Shown: piece by piece, positions 1-9,448 of the stretch
Numbering within the stretch: the first letter of the stretch is position 1
Layout of the letters: every line of letters begins with the position of its first letter
NCBI GenBank assembly: GCA_964016885.1
Contig: OZ024742.1
Location: forward strand, 32,054,001-32,118,000
From: Eledone cirrhosa
Lineage: Eukaryota
Length of the DNA: 64,000 bases
Reading direction: 5' to 3'
Notes under the pieces: model-generated
What the model was told of the DNA's origin: nothing
Databases searched by the model: none
What the model saw: the letters and a program-made list of their open reading frames with translations, nothing else
Translations under genes and position numbers: made by a program

Positions 1-5
1 TTGTG

Positions 6-125
6 AAGGCGTGTGGCTGAGTGGTAAGAGAATTGGATTCACAATCGTGAGGTTGTAAGTTCAATTCCTGGACCGGCCGATGCGTTATGTCCTTGAGCAA
101 GACACTTTATTTCACGTTGTTCCTT
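6..125 (+). mobile_element. tRNA-derived SINE, 5' part (head plus CORE-like central segment), 3'-truncated
   Basis: A box TGGCTGAGTGG (~13-23) and B box-like GTTCAATTCC (~59-68), followed by TGTCCTTGAGCAAGACACTT, which resembles the CORE-SINE domain consensus (GTGACCTTGGGCAAGTCACTT). Confidence 0.75.
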
Positions 126-266
126 CTACCTGGAGTTGCAACCGATAGAAAGTAATAGCAATTGGAAAGACCAACGGAAACATTGTTTCCTAGGTCCGAT
201 ATGACGAAAGTTGATCGACTATATATATATAGCCTCAGTAATTCCTGATACCAGATTTAAAATGAA

Positions 267-727
267 CTAGCAGAAAAACCATCCTTCGGGTAGTTTTCTG
301 CTAGCATGTGTAGTGTGCATATTGATATTATACGCAAGTATATATGCATGTAGATATGATACATCAAATAAAATCATAATTGACAATTTACACAGAAATT
401 GAACGAAGACTGTGTTACACTGTCTTATGTAATCAGTAACGTAATCCATGATACATTAAAAAAAGACGATATTATATATAAACTGCATTAGGAGAAAATT
501 AGTGACAGAAATATATGAATATTTATTTAAACGATCACTAACTGGTAAAGAAGGGAATCTTTAAATAAATAATAAAATATATTTAATGAACAGCCACGAA
601 ATTTAGTAGATAAATTATGTAATATTCATTAATTATTTATTCAAAGTAATCCTACTTATTTTACTAAGGGGATAAAAAATTATAAACCGTACGCAGTCCC
701 GCGCTTCTTACTTTATTATAGTTTAGA
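267..727 (-). mobile_element. Non-autonomous Helitron-like element
   Basis: On the minus strand it starts TCTAAACTATAATAAAG (727), ends ...CTGCTAG (267) and sits between A and T. A terminal inverted repeat CTAGCAGAAAA (267-277) / TTTTCTGCTAG (294-304) forms a hairpin. A TC start, CTRR end, A^T site and no TSD are Helitron hallmarks. Confidence 0.55.
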
Positions 728-780
728 TGAATAAATAAATGTCACATCTAGTTGTTCCAACACAAATGACTTTAATAATA

Positions 781-1000
781 GTTTCTGGTTTAGGTACAAA
801 ACCAAATTTTGGGGGATGGGTGGGTAGGGGGTGGGGGTGGGGCGATTAAATCGACCCAATTGTGTTACTGGTACTTTTTTTATTGAACCCCCAAAAGATG
901 AAAGGCGAAGCTAACCTCGGCGGGATTTGAACTCAGAACATAAATGGCCGTAACTATATGTTGCAAAGCATGTTGTCCGTACCTCTACCGATTTCTGCCA
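781..1000 (-). mobile_element. tRNA-derived SINE copy (same family as 3940-4103 and 7356-7510)
   Basis: The reverse complement reads TTCTGAGTTCAAATCCCGCCGAGGTTAGCTTCGCCTTTCATC...AAGTACCAGT...GGGTCGATTTAATCG and aligns by eye with the + strand copy at 7356-7510. B box GTTCAAATCC is present. Confidence 0.8.
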
Positions 1001-1309
1001 ATAACTTCTGCCAATAACTTTGTAGTGAGTCAATGTCTGGATTGATAAGTTAGTGGAAGTCGACTTGTAGATAATAACAGAGATAGGTAGTGATTAGTGA
1101 TGTATGGAGGAAGTTTTAGTTGGAACAGATTTCTGATAAAATTGTTGGGTCAAATAATACGATTAGTGATGGAAAATAACCAATGGGAGAAAAGCTTTAA
1201 ATCAGTAATTCTTAACCCGGATAGTGGTGGTGGTGGTGGTGGTAGAATACTTCCCGGGGTAGGTGAGACTTTCTGGATTCTCGAGAGATATTTGTAGATT
1301 CCATACATT

Positions 1310-1470
1310 TTTAGGCTGGCAACTTTATTTTACCAGTATTGAATCGTTAGACAACCAGCCATCCATCTTAGAAAAAATAAAGTATATATCTTTAGGTTGG
1401 CAACTTTTGTTATCATTATTGAATCGTTGGGAAACCAGTCGTCCATCTTAGGAAAAGAAAACACATTTCG
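1310..1470. repeat. Diverged tandem duplication, 81-bp unit x2
   Basis: TTTAGGCTGGCAACTTT...ATTGAATCGTT...AACCAG...TCCATCTTAG starts at 1310 and again at 1391. Confidence 0.85.
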
Positions 1471-1929
1471 GATAATTTTTATATATATATATATATATAT
1501 GCAGTGGCGGACTAGCCAGGTTGCCCAATAGCAAGTGGGCCACAGGGGGCCCACGGTAGCATTGCAAGAGCCCACAGTAGCATTGCAGGGCCCACTGTAC
1601 TATTTTAGGGGCCAATGCTTTGCTTTCAAAAAATACCTGAAATCTAAGAGAAAGAATAACATTTAAAAAAAATAAATAAAACAATTAAACAAAGCATTTA
1701 GCCAACCAATTCCCCAGATAATTACTAGAAACCAAAATATATGATAGTGCAAATAGCTGGAATCAGTGGTTGTACATTCTGCTAAATCTAAAGCTTAGTG
1801 TGTTCAATAATGTATTCAAACATACATATATATAGACACAGACACATAAGTATACTTACACACATAAGCACTTACATAGAGCACTCTTCACTCCTATGAC
1901 TTTTTCAATTTTCAACGGAAACTTCAATA

Positions 1930-1931
<2 letters not shown>

Positions 1932-2027
<96 letters not shown>

Positions 2028-2065
2028 GCCAATCATTGTAAGTTTGAATCTAACTGACATGCAAA

Positions 2066-2130
<65 letters not shown>
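1932..2130. repeat. Microsatellites (TA)n 1932-2025, (TA)n 2069-2106 and (GA)n 2107-2130
   Basis: Direct reading. Confidence 0.95.
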
Positions 2131-2244
2131 GGAGGGGGTGAGATGAGGTGCAACAGAAATGAAATATGGATTACAGGTTAAAATGTAGTCTAGATAGATG
2201 TGAAACAAAACGACGATGTAGTTTATGGAACGCCCAAATGATTT

Positions 2245-2690
2245 AGAAGTCGACCTTAAGTAGGAACAATAACATTAAGAAAGACATGAACGACACCACA
2301 ACACTTTGTTTTGTAAATTTTGAAAGTAGGTTTATAAGTATGAATTTTCATAAGATTTTCGTAGTGTCTCTGTGGCCTAGCGGTAGGTGCTTGAAACGGT
2401 GGAGATACTGGCCTTGGGTTCAATCCTGGTCAAGTTACCTTTTTCAATTTTTATTTTACAACCAATAGAAAAAACTGAAAATGTTTGCCGGGAACCCTAC
2501 TCCCGACCAGAATCGAACTTCAGACCAGAATCACCACCGTCTATGATTCCTCCAACTAGGCCATCGAGACAGCTGCGGAAGTATAATGAAAATTGATAAT
2601 TATAAATCTACTTTCAAAATCAGAGTTTAAAAGATGTGGTGTCGTTCATGGCTTTCCTACAGCTATTAGTAATATTTAGGGTCGACTTCT
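2245..2690. repeat. Long diverged inverted repeat (foldback, ~190-bp arms, ~70-bp spacer) with a tRNA-like Pol III promoter in each arm
   Basis: Paired blocks: AGAAGTCGACC/GGTCGACTTCT, CATGAACGACACCACA/TGTGGTGTCGTTCATG, TTTTGAAAGTAGGTTTATAA/TTATAAATCTACTTTCAAAA, TGGCCTAG/CTAGGCCA, ACGGTGG/CCACCGT. On +: A box TGGCCTAGCGGT (2373) and B box GGTTCAATCC (2417). On -: TGGCCTAGTTGG and GTTCGATTC. Confidence 0.85.
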
Positions 2691-2911
2691 GGTCGTTATT
2701 GAAAGTCTCTGGATTTCGCAAAATACATAATATTTTTTACTGGAGAAGGTAAGATATTTTTCCACAAAAATTTGATTGCACTGTTTTGTTTCCACTTATG
2801 TATTTTTTGAAAATGGTATTTATTCATTATAAAAATTAAATGATAGTATTCTATATGTAGGTGGGCCCCCTTCATCACCTGGCAACCAATATTTTTAGAC
2901 CCAGTCCGCCA

Positions 2912-2942
<31 letters not shown>

Positions 2943-3370
2943 ATCAATTTAAACGTCCGTATTGAGCTAGTAAGCCATGCCAGACTAAGGGAAGTATCTA
3001 GTACTTCTTACAGCCGAGAAAGAAAAAAGATATACAGAGATACGTAAATATTAGAATTTAAATTTTTTTAAAATAAGAATAAAGAAATGATAACCTTATG
3101 GAATGGTTATGGCTGGAACTGTTTTAATTATAAGTCTATCTGTTCTACGATGGTTGGCCTGGGAATAAACATCAACTATTTCCTTTTTATTGCAAGTGCA
3201 CATGTACATTGGTTTGATAAGATATTACATCTGGAGTCATCTGGTACCCACCTTTCTTTCATTTTACTTCTTATATGGTCAATGTACCATTCGTCTGAAT
3301 AACATACAGAACTATCAGACCGATAGAACAACGCAAGCAATAGAGAGTAAGTTGTTGATGTCATTGTTGC

Positions 3371-3438
3371 TCTTCTTCTTCTTCTTCTTCTTCTTCTTCT
3401 TCTTCTTCTTCTTCTTCTTCTTCTTCTTCTTCTTCTTC
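3371..3438. repeat. (CTT)n microsatellite, probably the (GAA)n 3' tail of the adjacent minus-strand RTE fragment
   Basis: Pure CTT run abutting the RTE 3' end. Confidence 0.9.
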
Positions 3439-3660
3439 CATTTCTTCCTGGGAGGGTCGTGGGGGGCCAAGGTCCTTAAACAGTCCTCCCAGCGGATTCT
3501 GTCAGAACCAGTTATCTCCAATTATTCAGCTGGATCCCCAAGCGAGACCAGCCAAGCTCATGGATGTTATCTAACTATCTTCCTCGGAAATGTACCCTTG
3601 GGTCTCCTGTTGGTAGGTTTTTGCCCCTAAAATCTGTCAAGCGATTCTTTCCTCTGAGAG
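3439..3660 (-). mobile_element. RTE-clade non-LTR retrotransposon, decayed 3' end
   Basis: Frameshifted minus-strand translation RPKG...LDNIHELGWSRLGI...EITGSDRIRWEDCLRTLAP matches the RTE ORF C-terminal pattern (R.RGRP..RW.D......L.I......A.DR..W). The DNA also aligns by eye with 10737-10810. Confidence 0.7.
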
Positions 3661-3939
3661 TAAATTTGGGACTAAATATTTTATTGTATTTTCTTGGTCT
3701 TTTCACATACTGGGTCCAAATCCTATATACCAGCCCATGTAAAGCTGCTAATAGGCCCAAGCCAGGTATAAAATAAAACCTCCCGAAACTGGTTATAGAA
3801 TTGGGACAAGCTGGGGAAATGGCCTTAACTAACCTTGTGGAGTCGTAGGAGCGCCGTCATGAGATGGCGGGTAGGGGTGGGGTTAAACTCGACGGAGCAC
3901 TTCCTTCTCACATCTATCCAGGTCTGAATAAAGCAGATT

Positions 3940-4103
3940 TCATTCACAGGATGATAGAGAGCAGGCTGGTACTTTATTTATCAATCCCAAAAGTGATGAA
4001 AGGCAAAGTTTACTTCGGCAGGATTTGAAATTAGAACCTAGTGAACCGGAACAACTACCGAGGTACTTAATGTGACTCACTAACAACACTACCAATTGGC
4101 CGT
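3940..4103 (-). mobile_element. Diverged tRNA-derived SINE copy
   Basis: CTGGTACTTTATTTATCAATCCCAAAAGTGATGAAAGGCAAAGTTTACTTCGGCAGGATTTGAA parallels 868-931. Confidence 0.75.
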
Positions 4104-4210
4104 CTTTATAGGAGACGTGAAATGTAGACCCTCAACCCACCATTTCAAAATGCTCATTAAGTATTATAGTAATGAAACGTGATTTAAGTATGGTCATAAG
4201 TATATATATG

Positions 4211-5057
4211 CCGGGGCGTAACTAGGGAAAATAGCTCCTATGGTAAGCAGTGAAATTGTGCCACTGCCCAAACAACAGCCTTATTTTTACCTATGGGTCT
4301 AATAACTTATATAAATGATATGAAAAGTGACATATGTAAGAAGGCTAAACAATGCAAAATGGACCGGCCCTAGAGCCACCTCCCTACTCACCACCATAGG
4401 CGCTGAGCTGACCAGCCGCAGGTGTGAGACTCGCGAGTTGGAATGTCTCTTCTAGCGCACCTCCCTTACCATCCTCCCGGGAAACGCCTTCTCCATTCTG
4501 CCCACCGGGGCTGTGGGGAGACCATCAATATGATTACTTAACCCTTTCATTACCCTATTTCTAGACACATTACAATAGTTAGTGTTATCTTTACAATTTT
4601 TTTACTTGTTGCTATTCTAGATTTTTGAACATTAGTTACCTGATAATCTTTGTTTGATTTTTTTTTGTGTTCCTTTTAACAGCCCCCCCCCCCCCCCCCC
4701 CCAAAAAAAAAGATTACCAGGTAACTACCTTTATCGTTACCTTCACCTTACCGTCCATTTTGTATTGTTTAGCCTTCTTACATATATCACTTTCCACATT
4801 AAAAAATATTATATACAATACTTCAAGGAAACTACATTTTAATAATTGTTATAAATGGTTTAATGATCCAGCCACCATAGTCTTTCTCACCTATGACAGA
4901 GACAGGTCATACATTGAAGAAGTTGCTTTCTTTTTCACGCTCCGACGATAGTTTATCTGACTTTAATAGAAAATGTCCCTAGTTAAAGTGCCCCCTCTCC
5001 CTCTTCATGTGGCATCAATGGCATGTGCCATGCTAACCATACCCGAGTTACGCCAAG
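4211..5057. mobile_element. Probable non-autonomous TIR DNA transposon (hAT-like)
   Basis: Imperfect TIR: GGCGTAACTAGGG (4215-4227) vs CCCGAGTTACGCC (5042-5054), 12/13 complementary. The outermost bases are degenerate and no TSD is recognisable. Confidence 0.5.
4366..4510 (+). mobile_element. Fragment of a restriction-like-endonuclease (CRE-clade-like) non-LTR retrotransposon C-terminus
   Basis: Translates GPRATSLLTTIGAELTSRRCETRELECLF*RTSLTILPGNAFSILPTG, matching the GP.A..FL..IG.......DPRE..FL.QR.S.AI.RGNA motif. Homologous to 13735-13820. Confidence 0.65.
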
Positions 5058-5169
5058 TAAATACCTATGTACACTGAAGGTGTATGTATATACGTACATT
5101 GTAAAAGAATATAGAGATAGAGGAGGGTAGTACGCCTTGCCTCACCCTCCGGAAGATCGGAAGTCTATA

Positions 5170-5240
5170 CTAACTGGTTCGCCTACCATGCCCATCTAGT
5201 CTGAACTACTGGCACGCCAACCATGCCCATCTAGTCTGAC
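5170..5240. repeat. ~35-bp direct tandem duplication
   Basis: ACCATGCCCATCTAGTCTGA occurs at 5185 and 5220. Confidence 0.85.
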
Positions 5241-5399
5241 CTAACCACATGAATTAACTTTAACTTCCAAATCAGAGAGTTTCGAGCGAGAACTGAACCT
5301 AGATTTGGTAACTCGCTTCTTCAGGACTTTTACCTCAAATGGAAGCTGTGAAATAGCAGCTTTGGAATGGAAGGTCATATCACATGGTATGTCATGTAA

Positions 5400-6560
5400 C
5401 ATGGCGTGGTGTGGTGTGGCATGGTGTGGCGTGGCGTGGCGTGACGTGTCGTGGTATGTCATGGCGTGTCGTGGTGTAGAGTGGCGTAACGTGTCGTGGC
5501 GTGGAGTGGCGTAGACGACGTGGCGTGGAGTGGCGTGGAGTGGCATAGCGTGTCGTTGAGAGGAGTGGCGTGGAGTGGCATCGTGTGTCGTTGAGAGGAG
5601 TGGCGTGGAGTGGCATAGTGTGTCGTTGAGAGGAGTGGCGTGGAGTGGCATAGCGTGTAGTGGAGTGGAGTGGAGTGGCATAGCTGGCGTGTCGTGGAGT
5701 GGTGTAGCTGACGTGGCGTGGAGTGGCATAGCGTGTCGTGCAGTGGCGTGGAGTGGCATAGCTGACGTGTCGTGGAGTGGCGTAGCTGACGTGGCGTGGA
5801 GTAGCATAGCGTGTCGTGCAGTGGCGTGGAGTGGCATAGCTGACGTGGCGTGGAGTGGCATAGCGTGTCGTGCAGTGGCGTGGAGTGGCATAGCTGGCGT
5901 GTCGTGGAGTGGCGTAGCTGACGTGGCGTGGAGTAGCATAGCGTGTCGTGCAGTGGCGTGGAGTGGCATAGCTGACGTGGCGTGGAGTGGCATAGCGTGT
6001 CGTGCAGTGGCGTGGAGTGGCATAGCTGGCGTGTCGTGGAGTGGCGTAGCTGACGTGGCGTGGAGTGGCATAGCGTGTCGTGCAGTGGCGTGGAGTGGCA
6101 TAGCTGGCGTGTCGTGGAGTGGCATAGCTGACGTGGCGTGGAGTGGCATAGCGTGTCGTGCAGTAGCGTGGAGTGGCATAGCTGACGTGGCGTGGAGTGG
6201 CATAGCGTGTCATGCAGTGGCGTGGAGTGGCATAGCTGGCGTGTCGTGGAGTGGCATAGCGTGTCGTGCAGTGGCGTGGAGTGGCATAGCTGGCGTGTCG
6301 TGGAGTGGCATAGCGTGTCGTGCAGTGGCGTGGAGTGGCATAGCTGGCGTGTCGTGGAGTGGCGTAGCTGACGTGGCGTGGAGTGGCATAGCGTGTCGTG
6401 CAGTGGCGTGGAGTGGCATAGCTGGCGTGGCGTGGAGTGGCATAGCGTGTCGTGCAGTGGCGTGGAGGGGCATAGCTGTCGTATCGTGGCGTGGAGTGGC
6501 ATAGCTGTCGTGGCGTGGAGTGGCGTGGAGTGGCATAGCTGGCGTGTCGTGGCATGGCGT
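5400..6560. repeat. GC/CpG-rich pentamer-derived minisatellite with interleaved 30-bp and 24-bp units
   Basis: Units GTGGCGTGGAGTGGCATAGCGTGTCGTGCA (30 bp) and GTGGCGTGGAGTGGCATAGCTGAC (24 bp). The edges are loose GTGGC/GTGTC/GTGGA pentamers. Confidence 0.95.
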
Positions 6561-6702
6561 GACCTGTCGTTTTGTAGCTTGAGAGGTCAAGGCTAGACAG
6601 GAATTCCGGATAATTAAGACAGACTTGAAAACGGACGTGAAACGGCAGGATTTAAAGGTCAGGCTAAAACAATGTAGAACATCTGACAAATGTTATGTCT
6701 GG

Positions 6703-6704
<2 letters not shown>

Positions 6705-6742
<38 letters not shown>

Positions 6743-6977
6743 CTGTGAATGTGCGTGTGTCTGCGTGTGTGTATGAGTGTGTGTTAGTGGATGTGTGTGT
6801 TTAAATGTGTGTCTGTGAGTGCGCATATTTTTGAATGTGTGTGTCTTAGTATGTTTTTATGTGTGTATCTGTATACCTGTGTGCGTGAGAGAGAGAGAGA
6901 GAGAGAGAGAGTGAGAGAGAGAGACAGAGAGAGAGAGAGACAGAGAGAGAGGGAGAGAGAGAGGGAGAGAGAGAGAG
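6705..6977. repeat. Compound (TG)n / degenerate TG / (GA)n microsatellite
   Basis: Direct reading. Confidence 0.95.
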
Positions 6978-7355
6978 TGGGCGTATCTCAGTTTATTAAC
7001 TCCCAAATAATAGAAAGCCAAATTCAACCATACTAGGAATTGAACCCAAAGATTCAGAATAAATTCCCTACACTCTAAAGCAGGGTTTCTTTAAATAGAA
7101 CCCCTAAGGGTAAATAAATTGTCAACGAGACTGAATAAAAGCCATAGGGTCCACCAGCGAGAAATTACTAATTTGCATTTACTGACGCTTTTGATACCAA
7201 ATACTTTGAAACCGTCACTGGTTTTAAAAAACAAAGTTGTGTATTTTAAAGTGTAAATATTATCTAAAAACCTCCATAATGTTATATAAGGAACTTTGTT
7301 AAGTCATGTTCCAAACACCAGTTAAATAATGAAAAAATTGGTTTGCAGTATATAG

Positions 7356-7510
7356 TTACGGCCCTTTATGTTCTGAGTTCAAATCCCGTCGAGATTAGCA
7401 TTGCCTTTCGTCCTTACGGGATCGATAAAATAAAGTACCAGTAATTCACTGGGATCAATTTAATCGACTTCTTCCCCAAAATTGTTGGCCATGTGCCTAA
7501 ATCAGAAAGC
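7356..7510 (+). mobile_element. 5'-truncated tRNA-derived SINE copy
   Basis: TTCTGAGTTCAAATCCCGTCGAG (B box), then TTGCCTTTCGTCC...GATAAAATAAAGTACCAGT...TAATCGACTT. Inverted homologue of 781-1000. Confidence 0.8.
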
Positions 7511-7568
7511 CTGTGATAAACAGGCGAAACTCCAGAGTAACAAGAACCACTATTGAGCCTTAATAAAA

Positions 7569-7572
<4 letters not shown>

Positions 7573-7644
<72 letters not shown>

Positions 7645-7827
7645 TATATATTTATTAAAATAACAGATTAAAGTTTAGGCAAAGAATCGCTGCTTTCACC
7701 CTTAATGGGATCTTCTTAAACTAAATAAGCAATCTGTGAACGCAGAAGTAAATATTTCAAAAAACGTTGCAACCGTTTCGACGGGTCGAAACGGCTTGAG
7801 CTCTGCCGTCGGGGTCTTGAAATTTTT

Positions 7828-7887
<60 letters not shown>
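7573..7887. repeat. Two (TA)n microsatellites (7573-7641, 7830-7887)
   Basis: Direct reading. Confidence 0.95.
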
Positions 7888-7891
<4 letters not shown>

Positions 7892-8150
7892 TACGGAGTA
7901 CATTCACAAACACGATTTTTTTAAAATCAATAATAATATGTTGTTTTTGTTGTTATGTTTATTTTCCCTCTGTTATTCCATTTCAAAAGAATATTTCCTT
8001 TCATCGAAATCTTCATACCATCGCCATTGTTAATATTCCTGACTATTATATTACATTTCAAAAAACATCTTTTGTTTATTTACTTCATTTTCATTCCAAA
8101 GAGTTTCTTTACAATTTCTTAAGAAAAAAAAATCTTATTGTTTTCAAACA

Positions 8151-8222
<72 letters not shown>

Positions 8223-8357
8223 ATGTGTGTTTGTGTGTGTATGTATGTGTGTGTATGTATGTGTGTGTGTATGTATGTGTGTATATATGTGTGTGTATGT
8301 ATGTATGTGTGTATATGTGTGTGTATGTATATGTGTGTGTGTGTGTGTATGTGTGTG
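8151..8357. repeat. (TG)n / (TATG)n compound microsatellite
   Basis: Direct reading. Confidence 0.95.
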
Positions 8358-8774
8358 AACATCTTTGTCTGTTTCAACATGTTTTATCTGAAGGTGTCTA
8401 TTTAGTCATGTTATGTTTGTATATATACTCTCCACCCCAGACCTCACTATACAGTCACACAGGTGTTTCGTTAAGTGAGTCAAACACCCTGTCAGATCTT
8501 CAGTTTGGCCATCTTAAAATACTCGTATTCGTTGCATTCTTGGTCAAGAAGTCTGTGTTTGGTCTTCTATATGAGCAACCTGCTGTGGGAGAACTCATGG
8601 ATTTGTTGTATGTCCCCTAAGGTAGCCCCCACACCCCACCAAAAAAACCGGTTCTCTCTCTCTCGTATATCTATATATATATATATTTGCTCTACGGTTC
8701 TTATATATTTGATATATATTTATCCTTATGGAGCCCTCTTTCGATTTTAGTCTTCAAATTTATTATTATTACTA

Positions 8775-9349
8775 TCTATATAGATATAAAGTTGTAGTTC
8801 CTGTCTGTTTGTTTGTTTGTTCACGAACTCCTCCTATGGTTTTGGAGATAGACCTTCATAACTATATATATTCTGAAACTACATTGCCCAGGGTACTTGA
8901 ATAAGTATATTTCATTTTAATCAAAGGGTTCCCCGCAGGGTTCTCCGGGGGGCACAAACCCCCGCTGAAAATGTTTTCCCTTCGATTTATATGAAATTTA
9001 AACCATAGGTAAATGACAAGATATGATGCCTATTCACAAAATCTCAGCAAATTTCAAAATATTAAGACACCCTAATGGGGGTTAAACCCCCTATAGTGAA
9101 AATTTTGGAAGCTTATAACTTGAGTATTGGAACCTCTATTATCACGGGGCTTTTCTATTAATTAAACGTAAATCAACAAAAAAGCACCTCTCTTTTATAG
9201 TAAAATTTGGCTAATTTAGACATTTTATCTATGGCAAAACATCACTAGAATTATGACAAAAATTATTAGTTAATGCCTCTACTTTTGTAACATTTAAAAT
9301 CAATCCTTTTCTTACAAAATAAAAATGTGTGAAACGCAGCAAGGCGCGG

Positions 9350-9352
<3 letters not shown>
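8775..9352 (+). mobile_element. Non-autonomous Helitron-like element, terminal CTAG lost
   Basis: A^TCTATATAGATATAAAG start, internal (GTCT)/(GTTT)n tetranucleotide tract, and GC-rich subterminal CGCAGCAAGGCGCGGGTA. This layout is typical of invertebrate non-autonomous Helitrons. It runs into (TG)n instead of CTRR. Confidence 0.5.

Positions 9353-9444
<92 letters not shown>
9353..9444. repeat. (TG)n microsatellite
   Basis: Direct reading. Confidence 0.95.

Positions 9445-9448
<4 letters not shown>

Larger units (their letters stand above)
1502..2914. mobile_element. Non-autonomous TIR DNA transposon (hAT-like ends)
   Basis: Perfect 12-bp TIR CAGTGGCGGACT (1502) / AGTCCGCCACTG (2903-2914). 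Subterminal GGTTGCC and AGGGGGCCCAC motifs are mirrored at both ends. Both flanks are (TA)n tracts, so a TSD cannot be resolved. No transposase ORF. Confidence 0.7.

Noticed and set aside
6-80. Functional tRNA gene (also considered for 2365-2435)
   Set aside because: A and B boxes are present, but I could not build a convincing cloverleaf or acceptor stem. At 6-125 the head runs directly into SINE body sequence.
5241-6689. ORFs of 300-390 aa on both strands
   Set aside because: They are open only because the 24- and 30-bp repeat units lack stops. They overlap in several frames and have no unique domain.
7081-7350. hAT-like left end CAGGGTTTCT
   Set aside because: No matching right TIR or TSD was found.
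8441-8621. Candidate exon (CAG|...|GTAG) or hammerhead-like CTGAAGA...GAAAC on the minus strand
   Set aside because: All three plus-strand frames contain a stop within the interval, no peptide is recognisable, and no proper hammerhead stem II forms.
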